A stretch of DNA of 50,762 nt, taken from IMG/VR virus record IMGVR_UViG_3300045988_092582, positions 1 to 50,762 of that record; one strand, written 5' to 3'. Positions 1 through 7,660 of the stretch are shown piece by piece (within the stretch, counting starts at the first letter, position 1; every line of letters starts with the position of its first letter). Both the position numbers and the translations under genes were made by a program. The notes under the pieces were generated by a model, which saw nothing but the letters and a program-made list of their open reading frames with translations, searched no databases and was not told where the DNA came from. This DNA is from a virus.

Positions 1-55
1 GGGCTGTTGGCGCAGGAGGCTCCGTGCTTTTCACATCAGTAATAACTATATACAC
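1..55. repeat. 55-bp exact copy of 50708-50762 (terminal overlap of a circular contig)
   Basis: gggctgttggcgcaggaggctccgtgcttttcacatcagtaataactatatacac is present at both window ends in the same orientation. Joining them restores one in-frame CDS. Confidence 0.95.
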
Positions 56-415
56 AGTCAAATCCGCTTCCGGAACCGTCTGGCAAGTGAAGGTCAGATT
101 ATTGGCAGCTTGTCCGGTACAGAGGATTCCGGCAGCAAGGTAAGCGGCTTGCGAGGCAATAGCAGGCACAGGCTGAATCAGCTGCTTTGTCTCGTCGGCA
201 AGTACTCCTGGAACAGTGATTGTCTGAGCATTTCCAGACCATGCAGACGCGAGAAGCGTCACACCATGGACCATCGGCTTTCCGCCCGCATTGGCGAGTA
301 CTTCCTGAAATTCTTCCTCCGTCCCCGTATATCCCCCATCCACCGCATACTGATAAGCTGATTTGCCGGGAAGTCCAATCCCTGCCACCAGCTTTCCATT
401 TACTTTGATTGCCAT
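1..415 (-). CDS. tail fibre protein, N-terminal 138 codons of a CDS that wraps the contig junction (continues 50707..49674)
   Basis: ATG at 415; absent from the ORF track because the frame runs off the edge. Hand translation MAIKVNGKLVAGIGLPGKSAYQYAVDGGYTGTEEEFQEVLANAGG...LTVYIVITDVKSTEPPAPTA has no stop down to position 1 and overlaps the first residues of ORF 49674..50762. The SAYxYAVxxGYxGTEEEF motif is typical of phage fibre N-termini. Confidence 0.85.
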   Translation of the reverse strand, partial: MAIKVNGKLVAGIGLPGKSAYQYAVDGGYTGTEEEFQEVLANAGGKPMVHGVTLLASAWSGNAQTITVPGVLADETKQLIQPVPAIASQAAYLAAGILCTGQAANNLTFTCQTVPEADLTVYIVITDVKSTEPPAPTA

Positions 416-418
416 TGT

Positions 419-1816
419 TTACCCCACTTTAATAAATGTATTTACCCCAGCAATATTGATTGTCGGCAATTTCCGAAACCTCATATCGTAGTATCTAATC
501 CCGTTATTAACAGGCGACGCATTAGGTTGTGCGGAACATATTAGAAAATAGTCATGCACTAGTAGTCCGCAGGAAGAGACTGCGCCTGCCAGCGATGTAA
601 TATACCCTATTTCCCAGTTCTGCAAATCTTCTGAAAACACACAACCAAGATAATAAGTTGTACTGCTTGAAACCGTTTTAAAACCGCAGAATGCGGCATA
701 ATACATTCCGCCTTCATAGACAACAGCGCTAATGGTTCCGTCTCTTAACGAAAGTTCACTGAATGTCCATTCTCCACCAATAGAGTCTGAAAAGAGGATA
801 GCATTATATGAGGCAGCCGTTTCAACGTATTTTTGGAAAATAAGATATTTCCCATTTAGATATGTGAACAGGTTTGGAGAATAACTATTTTTCCTCTCAC
901 ATACGTCCTGATACTCCCACGGGCCATTTAAACTGCTGGCATATTTTAGGCCAACGTGCCAAGTTGAATTCTCGTCCTGCTGCATTACACACAGCACGTA
1001 TTTGCCTTCCGCATAAACAATCCGCCATACCCGGGGTATAAAATCCATGGGAATTGCGGCCCATGCCCCATCTGGTGATTGTGCGGTGTAAAAATAGTGT
1101 TTCGCTACGGAGTTGACCGTTTCCGATGTCATCAGCACAAACTGACCATTGATGTACTGGACGGATCTGCCGTAAGAACCTGTCCCTGTTGATTGATGGA
1201 CATCCACCGCGCTCCATGGGCCATTTAAATCAGACGCGTACCATACCCGTGAAACCCAATGATCTGAATCATAAAATTGGCTGGCCGCGACATAATATCC
1301 GTTCGCAAACAGAAAATCATTGATTGTCCCGCTAGAACCCGCCGGGATAATGACGGATTCTGTCCAATTTGCATCAGGAGAGCTCGCGTAGTAGATTTTA
1401 TTTTGAAAAACGCAAATATAATTCCCGTTGATATGTTGCAAGACACTGTTTCCAGATGGGCCACTTGTCTCTCCAAACAGATTTTCTTTATATGATGTCC
1501 CAAACTTAAACGGAAATTCTTCCACATACTTCGGATAATCTTCCGCCGAAATGATAGTGCCGTTTGCCAATACCCAGTTCTCACCTAGTTCGGTTTTTGT
1601 TGTTAAGCGAACATCTCCAATTGCGAAAGATTCTCCACTACTTTCCCCAGAACCAGCCTCCTCCGTAAACTCAATCGTGTACGGGCCGGAGCCGAGGGTT
1701 TCGGACATAGAAGCCGTTCCGCTTCCGGGAACCGTAACGGCCTGATTCGCTCTTGCGATTCCCTTGTCAATTTCCGGTCCCGTGTAGGCCCCGTTATATC
1801 CATCTGTTGTCGGCAT
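419..1816 (-). CDS. receptor-binding tail protein with six Asp-box (BNR-like) repeats, predicted 6-bladed beta-propeller
   Basis: 465-aa ORF with SD GAGGGAG before the ATG. Six spaced SxDxxxW-type motifs: SSPDANWT, SDLNGPWS, SPDGAWA, SSLNGPWE, SDSIGGEWT, SEDLQNWE. Lies in the fibre gene series and is visibly AT-richer than its neighbours. Confidence 0.7.
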   Translation of the reverse strand: MPTTDGYNGAYTGPEIDKGIARANQAVTVPGSGTASMSETLGSGPYTIEFTEEAGSGESSGESFAIGDVRLTTKTELGENWVLANGTIISAEDYPKYVEEFPFKFGTSYKENLFGETSGPSGNSVLQHINGNYICVFQNKIYYASSPDANWTESVIIPAGSSGTINDFLFANGYYVAASQFYDSDHWVSRVWYASDLNGPWSAVDVHQSTGTGSYGRSVQYINGQFVLMTSETVNSVAKHYFYTAQSPDGAWAAIPMDFIPRVWRIVYAEGKYVLCVMQQDENSTWHVGLKYASSLNGPWEYQDVCERKNSYSPNLFTYLNGKYLIFQKYVETAASYNAILFSDSIGGEWTFSELSLRDGTISAVVYEGGMYYAAFCGFKTVSSSTTYYLGCVFSEDLQNWEIGYITSLAGAVSSCGLLVHDYFLICSAQPNASPVNNGIRYYDMRFRKLPTINIAGVNTFIKVG

Positions 1817-1820
1817 ATGA

Positions 1821-2195
1821 TCACTCCCTCATGCAGAGATATGGCTCCCCATCGGCGGTAATGTAGGCTGTGCTGCCAACAGGAATATAATAGTAGTTGT
1901 CGTTCCAGCTTCCGTCTTCCCCCTGTGCAAAGAGGGAAATTCGATAGTTCCCGTCTCCATGAACAAGGTAATCGTCATACACCTCGAAACTCCGCTGTGT
2001 GTTCGCCGGGGTGGTGGAGAAGGACGCGATCAGCGCCCCCTTCCCCACGCCGTACTCCTCCCCAGCCTTCGTAGCGCGGCACTCAAACGCCTGATAGGGA
2101 ATATCTGACTGAAACGCCACAATGATATAATCAAAGCCAGACACGGCGGAGACCTTTTCTCCGGAAATAGAGAATGTCAGCTTTGGGGCCGCCAT
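1821..2195 (-). CDS. tail-associated hypothetical protein
   Basis: ATG at 2195 overlaps the upstream stop (TAATG). MAAPKLTFSISGEK... Sits in the fibre module with tight coupling. Confidence 0.6.
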   Translation of the reverse strand: MAAPKLTFSISGEKVSAVSGFDYIIVAFQSDIPYQAFECRATKAGEEYGVGKGALIASFSTTPANTQRSFEVYDDYLVHGDGNYRISLFAQGEDGSWNDNYYYIPVGSTAYITADGEPYLCMRE

Positions 2196-2857
2196 TATGC
2201 CACACTCCAAATTCCTGCGGCAGTCTTGACGAAGACCTTGACAATCTTCACGCCGTCTCCGGTAGACGCGCTCTCCAAATCGGTTCCGTTAATCGTAACC
2301 TGGATATTAGTGGTGGCGGGATAATTGCCTTCGTTTCCGCTGGTGTTGATGGAGCCGCCAGTGGTGGGGATCAGGGTGCCCGCATCCTGCTCGCTGGAAT
2401 TGGCAGGAACCACGCAAACCTTGTACTCGTCAAACTCCACATCGGAAGTAAAGTTGATAACAGACTGATTGAATCCCGCAATCTTGGAAATCTTGCTCTT
2501 GTCCGGGCCGGTGACTGTGACCACGGGAACCGTAGTGTTGAGAGTGATATCATCCGTCACCTCGGCGCTCTCGTTGCCCACATCGTCACGGACCTTGATA
2601 TGTACAGTCTTCAGGCCATCCCCAGAAGTCAGGTTGACGCTCTTGCTGGTGGCAAAGGTCTCCCAGCTGGCGGACTCTTCCTCCGCGACACCATCAATTC
2701 CCCAGATTTTCATCTGGTAGCCGGTGGTCTGCTCGTCGCTGACTCCAATGGTCAGCTTTACCGCTGTACTGGTCGCATACAGTGCCCCATCATTGATTTG
2801 CAGTGTCAGGCCAGACGGTGCGGTGGTATCAAGAGTTAGGTTAAAATAGCTTGCCAT
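2195..2857 (-). CDS. tail/baseplate protein with Ig-like beta-rich composition
   Basis: 220-aa ORF, T/S/V/N-rich. Coupled to flanking fibre genes. Confidence 0.6.
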   Translation of the reverse strand: MASYFNLTLDTTAPSGLTLQINDGALYATSTAVKLTIGVSDEQTTGYQMKIWGIDGVAEEESASWETFATSKSVNLTSGDGLKTVHIKVRDDVGNESAEVTDDITLNTTVPVVTVTGPDKSKISKIAGFNQSVINFTSDVEFDEYKVCVVPANSSEQDAGTLIPTTGGSINTSGNEGNYPATTNIQVTINGTDLESASTGDGVKIVKVFVKTAAGIWSVA

Positions 2858-3001
2858 TTACTGACTCTCCTTTGTGTCAAGTTGGATATATACATAGGCC
2901 CCTGGCCTTTCATAAACATTCTCGCTGCCAGCCATGATGGTTTTAATCCCCATCTCTCCCAGCATCAAGGTCTCTATGGTCTCTGTTCCTGCATAAATCA
3001 T
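2858..3001 (-). CDS. small tail-module protein (47 aa)
   Basis: Hand translated: MIYAGTETIETLMLGEMGIKTIMAGSENVYERPGAYVYIQLDTKESQ. It exactly fills the gap between two fibre genes. Below the ORF-track size cutoff. Confidence 0.55.
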   Translation of the reverse strand: MIYAGTETIETLMLGEMGIKTIMAGSENVYERPGAYVYIQLDTKESQ

Positions 3002-3005
3002 TTTG

Positions 3006-3683
3006 CTACCCCCGAATCAGATAGAGCGTGGTGGGGCTCTTTGTGGGAAGCTCCTCATATTCCTGCCTGTCCATCACACGGATCACTGATATCTCCGGAG
3101 ATGATACATTGCCGGAACCGGAGCCTCCCAAAACCCACTCCGCAGCGCCGTCCAGAACACCCAGAAACTTTCCTTCGTCCTCTGGGGTAATTTCCGGCAC
3201 TCCATCTCCGGGCGGTCCCTGTGGCCCCTCCGGGCCGGGTTCTCCATCAAACTTTCCGGCATCCGCGTCATCCCGTACACTCTGCGCAATCTTTTCCGCC
3301 TGTTCGGCGGCTTCTAAAATCTGACTGTACACATCTGGCGTGGGAGGCTGCGCGTTGCTGCCCAGCGACACGCCCTCCCGAATTTCTCCCAGCTGCGCCC
3401 AGATGGTGGGGAGAACGACTGTGCCGCCCTTTGTTCCATATACGCCAACCGACAGGTTTCGTCCCGGATTCTCCAATACCTCCCACGGAATTTGGCACTC
3501 GTTAGAGTCGTCCAACACCACGGAAATTTGATCGTCGCCCGCGTGGAATACCGCCGTCCTGTCCAGGCCATCCCAATCCGAGTTGAAGGAAAATCGAACC
3601 ATGTAGACATTAACGGAACCACTGGTCACGCCCTCTTTTGCGCAGACTTCCAAATATATTTTGTTGGCTTGTAGATGGAACAT
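3006..3683 (-). CDS. baseplate upper / fibre protein with short collagen-like tract
   Basis: SD AAGAGGTG before the ATG. BppU-like N-terminal region, then a Gly-X-Y run GEPGPEGPQGPPGDG. Confidence 0.65.
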   Translation of the reverse strand: MFHLQANKIYLEVCAKEGVTSGSVNVYMVRFSFNSDWDGLDRTAVFHAGDDQISVVLDDSNECQIPWEVLENPGRNLSVGVYGTKGGTVVLPTIWAQLGEIREGVSLGSNAQPPTPDVYSQILEAAEQAEKIAQSVRDDADAGKFDGEPGPEGPQGPPGDGVPEITPEDEGKFLGVLDGAAEWVLGGSGSGNVSSPEISVIRVMDRQEYEELPTKSPTTLYLIRG

Positions 3684-3746
3684 GATGCACCTCTTTCGGA
3701 CGCTGAATTAGGAATAAATTACTGGAATAACTCCGCACAAAGGCAA

Positions 3747-4514
3747 TTAAAATATGTCGAATTCAATGTTATACACACTGTAGCCAGGTTTTGCGATAAA
3801 GGCTCCGTAGGAAATTCTATATCCAGAAACGTCCTTAGTAGTGTCTACCCAGTATGTATTATCAAAGCCTTCAATAACTTTAGGGCGAAACTGATTGTTG
3901 TTTGAGTCCATAATGTTAACAAAAATAACAGTACCAGGAACATAAACCGATATGACATCATTAACAACTTGATTATATCTTTGTATAAGTCCTGCGGGTG
4001 ATACAAACTCAACAATATCCGTCGCGCTTCTAACACGAAGGGTGCCTGTGAAAAACTGTGATAATTGTCCTGTACCACTCACCTTTACCCCCGCCTCGCT
4101 GGTAAAGGTCTTTCCTGCGGCTACGTCTGCGGCGGTGGCGTTGCCAAAGTTGCTAATTGGACACATCATATTAAGTATCGAATCTTTTCGCATGATTCTG
4201 TCCATTTCAAATGTGTAGTCCAGCTGAAGATTGGTACTGTTTAGTGTTGGGGTCGTATCTATCACCGTATAACCGGAACCTGCGGTACTTTCTCTTAATG
4301 TCCCCGTCACAATCTCGCCATTCTGGTCAATCAGCTGCTTCCCCTGTGCCATATCTGCCGCCGTGCCGGGATTTGTCAATGTTGGAAGCTGCGTCCCCGT
4401 CTCAATCGCCGCGATTCTCGCCGGGAAATCATTGGCAGCAATAGGGTCAGAGCTGCCTTCTTTCGCTCTAATAGCGTCCGCAATCGCTTTCAGCTTGTCC
4501 CCCTGAGTGCTCAA
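3747..4514 (-). CDS. fibre/receptor-binding protein, paralog of 49163..49660
   Basis: TTG start at 4514, preceded by GGGAGG plus 7 nt and overlapping the upstream TGA; the track start at 4529 is the alternative. Twice-repeated motif A(A/T)AxD(V/M)xxGKxxxxxxGxxVxGT is shared with 49163..49660. Confidence 0.7.
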   Translation of the reverse strand: MSTQGDKLKAIADAIRAKEGSSDPIAANDFPARIAAIETGTQLPTLTNPGTAADMAQGKQLIDQNGEIVTGTLRESTAGSGYTVIDTTPTLNSTNLQLDYTFEMDRIMRKDSILNMMCPISNFGNATAADVAAGKTFTSEAGVKVSGTGQLSQFFTGTLRVRSATDIVEFVSPAGLIQRYNQVVNDVISVYVPGTVIFVNIMDSNNNQFRPKVIEGFDNTYWVDTTKDVSGYRISYGAFIAKPGYSVYNIEFDIF

Positions 4515-5125
4515 TAGCTCGCCTCCCAACTGTCCAGGATCGCCGCCTGAATAGAGGTATCTGTGTGGCTCTTCGCGGAGTCCAGAATCCCGTCCGCGTA
4601 AGTAAAAATATCCGTGTTCTTATTCTTCGTGTCGTATACGCTTTTCAGCATATCGCCGGAGCCGATGCCGTCCGCGCCATTGTACACGGTAAATGTTCCA
4701 ATCGCTTCATCGTCCGAATCGTACATCGTGTAGGTGTCTGTGGTTCCCGCCGCTCCGGTACCGCTGGTGCGCGTAATGCTTTTTACAGACGTTCCCTGCG
4801 GGCCGACAGGACCCTCCGCCTGAATGGTGGTATCTTCATAGGCCCCGGTTCCGCTGTTCCATACCTGCCAGAAGCCCGTCTCCTCGTTCACCTGGGGCGG
4901 GTGGGCTGTTACCTGCGCCGCCGCTTCTGCAGTCTCTGCGGCCTCCTGCGCTTTTTCCGCCGCGTCCACAGCCGCTTGTACATTGGCGTTAGCTGCTTCC
5001 TTGGCAAATGACGCAACCTGCGCGCCCGTCACTTTGGAGGCCACCCCCTGCTGCTCCGCAACAAAGAGGGAGTCATTGTCGATGCTCTCCACTGCCGGGA
5101 GTGTGCTGATATTCTTATCGGCCAT
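4511..5125 (-). CDS. tail fibre protein (Ala-rich coiled stalk, GPVGPQG)
   Basis: SD AAGGAGG before the ATG. Coiled-coil-like AAVDAAEKAQEAAETAEAAAQ stalk and a short collagen-like element. Confidence 0.65.
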   Translation of the reverse strand: MADKNISTLPAVESIDNDSLFVAEQQGVASKVTGAQVASFAKEAANANVQAAVDAAEKAQEAAETAEAAAQVTAHPPQVNEETGFWQVWNSGTGAYEDTTIQAEGPVGPQGTSVKSITRTSGTGAAGTTDTYTMYDSDDEAIGTFTVYNGADGIGSGDMLKSVYDTKNKNTDIFTYADGILDSAKSHTDTSIQAAILDSWEASY

Positions 5126-5264
5126 CGTGTTCCTCCTTGAGATTTGCGGATGCTTTCCGCAGCTTGCTCTTGGCTGCTGCCATCACTTCTACCGCGTCTC
5201 CATTCACAGAAAGCGTTGAAAGAATGGCAATCGCATCATCAATCAATTTCTTTGTCTCTTCCAT
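5115..5264 (-). CDS. small tail-module protein (49 aa)
   Basis: Hand translated: MEETKKLIDDAIAILSTLSVNGDAVEVMAAAKSKLRKASANLKEEHDGR. SD GGAGGG present. Below the track cutoff. Confidence 0.55.
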   Translation of the reverse strand: MEETKKLIDDAIAILSTLSVNGDAVEVMAAAKSKLRKASANLKEEHDGR

Positions 5265-5265
5265 A

Positions 5266-6618
5266 TCAGCCCTCCAAAGCTTTCAATCGTTGTTCCAACT
5301 GCTGAATTTTCGCCGTCAGCACCGCGACAAACTCTCCATAAGAAAGGCCATACCGCCCCTCGTCATCTACGGACAAGGCCGCGAAATCATCCAGCGGCAT
5401 CCCGATTTCATTTAAAACATCCTCCACATCCTGTGCGATAAAGCCCAGGTGGCGCTTGGCTTCTTTCCCTTTATAGAGAAAGCTCACTGGGTTCAGCCGG
5501 TCAAACAGAGAGATATATTTTTCAGCAACATCATACCGAATGTCATCCTTTGCGTTCCGATCAGAAGTCACATTCAGCTCCACATCTGATGTAAAGCGGT
5601 TTGCGTACACATTGACGGCATTTCGGGTGTCCAGTGTAATATTGGTTGCCACAACGACCTCGCCATTATCGGTGGTCATACGAACGCCGCCGCTAGTAGC
5701 AACTACCTGATTTTCACTGACAGCTTCAATCATACCCATCCCATAGGTGCGGGAGCCGTTATAATCGTAGCTGGTCACATACCCGATGTAGCCGCCCAGG
5801 TCAGCCCTGGAACTAAGGCTCTCATAGACTGCCATTTCTCCGCCCAGCCGGATATATTCTGCGGAGACCTCGCCAGTCAAAATGTTGTCTCCGGAAATCA
5901 TGGTGGAGCCGTCGGTCAGGCTGGACTCAAACACCACATCCCCAGTAAATCGAATGACCTGCGAGGCAACCGTAACGCCGCCCACAGAGAGATCAATATA
6001 CGAGCGGTCCGTGCCGTTCTGCACCGTGAGTGTGATGTTGTTCACCTTTTGCGAAATCGTGGAAACCTGTCCATTCAAACCCTGCACTGTGGATGTAATG
6101 CTATCCAACTGAACGGAAATGTTGGACGACAGACCTTCAATTTCGTTTTCCACTTCCAGACGGATTTCTTCCGCCGTTTTTGTGATCGTGGAACGGGTCT
6201 CCGCAATCTTACGATTAAACTCCTGCGTCATGGGACCAGCAGCCGGGTATTCGTCCTCCAGCTCCACCTCTCCGGGAGCGGATATGCTTGGATAGCCGTC
6301 TCCATCATCTTCCAGACTGGAAATAAAGGAATATAGACCACTGACAGTAACGCCGTCCCCAAGCTCTGCGGACGGGTCTAGATTGGCCGCATCCGCTGTA
6401 AATGATTGATATTCATAGCCTTGCAGCTGTGATAAAAGCGTGTTAACCATGTCCTGTGTTGCATGGGGGCAGGAAGCCGTGATCTCCAGCCCTGTATCGT
6501 CCCCTGCCGTCAATACGCTTTCGTCATCGACTATCAACGTCACACGGGAAATGGGTTTATACTTTCCGGTATTCTCAAAGCCTGTGATGTCCAGGCCGAC
6601 AAAGAATTGTTCAGACAA
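5266..6618 (-). CDS. tail spike/fibre protein with C-terminal intramolecular chaperone (peptidase S74-type) domain
   Basis: C-terminus SDRNAKDDI...LNPVSFLYKGKEAKRHLGFIAQDVEDVLNE...LSYGEFVAVLTAKIQQLEQRL matches the auto-cleaving chaperone domain of endosialidase-type fibres. Start TTG 6618 chosen because GGAGGTGA lies 8 nt upstream; ATG 6660 is the alternative. Confidence 0.75.
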   Translation of the reverse strand: MSEQFFVGLDITGFENTGKYKPISRVTLIVDDESVLTAGDDTGLEITASCPHATQDMVNTLLSQLQGYEYQSFTADAANLDPSAELGDGVTVSGLYSFISSLEDDGDGYPSISAPGEVELEDEYPAAGPMTQEFNRKIAETRSTITKTAEEIRLEVENEIEGLSSNISVQLDSITSTVQGLNGQVSTISQKVNNITLTVQNGTDRSYIDLSVGGVTVASQVIRFTGDVVFESSLTDGSTMISGDNILTGEVSAEYIRLGGEMAVYESLSSRADLGGYIGYVTSYDYNGSRTYGMGMIEAVSENQVVATSGGVRMTTDNGEVVVATNITLDTRNAVNVYANRFTSDVELNVTSDRNAKDDIRYDVAEKYISLFDRLNPVSFLYKGKEAKRHLGFIAQDVEDVLNEIGMPLDDFAALSVDDEGRYGLSYGEFVAVLTAKIQQLEQRLKALEG

Positions 6619-7288
6619 GGATTCTGTCACCTCCAAAGGTGATGGCGTCTCCGTGTTCATCCACTAAATAATTTGTTTCCGGAGGAGCGGACAGGAGCGG
6701 AACCAGATATAAGGTATTTGCGTCTGTTATCATCCAGTTCCCCGCATGGGCGGCGGCGATAAAGCACAGTTCGTTCCGGATGGTGTAATCGTTGGCCGGA
6801 TAATCAATGGTGTAGTTGGCGTTCAGCGCCGTCCGGCTGTCCAGCGTTACTCCCAGAATGCGGCAGAACTCCGCAACAGCGTCCGGCATGGTCATGGGAA
6901 ATTCCAGGCTCTGGTCCGGCTCCCAAACCACCTCTGCCTTACGCATGGCATCATAGGCTTCCAGCGTCCAATAGCCGTCGTCCTCGCTCCTGCGGTTGGT
7001 GAAGAATGTGCCCTTCGGAATCCATTCGGAAACCTGCGTCCTATTTTTCAGGCGGACATACCGCTTAATGGTCGCCGCTTTTGGAATGTTGTCCGCAAAG
7101 AGGCTGATCTTCAAGCTGGCAGTGTACGCGTTGCCGATTCCGAAATCCTCAAACAGGCCGTTGCTGTAAGAGTGCTCCACTTCCTGATCTGGACCGTACT
7201 CAACTCCGTTGATCTCAAACTTGTATTCCCGCTCTGTGTTTGACATCCTCCAAAGGCTTTTCCACAGTTTGCTTGTCGTCTGTGCCAT
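6611..7288 (-). CDS. tail tip (Tal-like, N-terminal part) protein
   Basis: ATG 7288 with SD GAGGTG. Lies between the Dit-like gene and the spike gene. Confidence 0.5.
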   Translation of the reverse strand: MAQTTSKLWKSLWRMSNTEREYKFEINGVEYGPDQEVEHSYSNGLFEDFGIGNAYTASLKISLFADNIPKAATIKRYVRLKNRTQVSEWIPKGTFFTNRRSEDDGYWTLEAYDAMRKAEVVWEPDQSLEFPMTMPDAVAEFCRILGVTLDSRTALNANYTIDYPANDYTIRNELCFIAAAHAGNWMITDANTLYLVPLLSAPPETNYLVDEHGDAITFGGDRILV

Positions 7289-7290
7289 AG

Positions 7291-7653
7291 CTACACCTCT
7301 ATGATATTGAAAGACGCTCCCTCCCAAATATCAGTATCGCCGTCCCATACTTCACTGATATTGGCGCTGAACGAGGAACAGTAAAATGTCTTGGTCATGG
7401 TACCATGTAGATCACGGTATGTAGCTGGAAATGTGGCGGAGCTTAAATCGTCATCCAACTGCGCTAAAAGATTTTGGTTCATTTCCAGCATGGCATAAGA
7501 CAGCTTTCGCTTGGTTGTAATTTTATGGCGGCGCATTTTCCCATTTTTTGTGCGGGTCGTTTTATCGCTGTCTAGGTCCTCCCTGCTCCAGCCAAAGCCT
7601 TTGCTCTTCACATATGTGGAATAGTCGTGCCCGTTAATTTTCAAAATCTCCAT
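7291..7653 (-). CDS. small distal-tail-like protein
   Basis: Immediately follows the tape measure gene. ATG 7653 with GAGGTGG upstream. Confidence 0.45.
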   Translation of the reverse strand: MEILKINGHDYSTYVKSKGFGWSREDLDSDKTTRTKNGKMRRHKITTKRKLSYAMLEMNQNLLAQLDDDLSSATFPATYRDLHGTMTKTFYCSSFSANISEVWDGDTDIWEGASFNIIEV

Positions 7654-7660
7654 ATCCACC

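Noticed and set aside
2174-2839. Long antisense ORFs inside structural and lysis genes (for example 2174..2839+, 11915..12631+, 46690..47829+, 47756..48547+, 48198..48908+)
   Set aside because: These are typical GC-rich shadow frames opposite well-supported genes, with no SD and no recognisable motifs.
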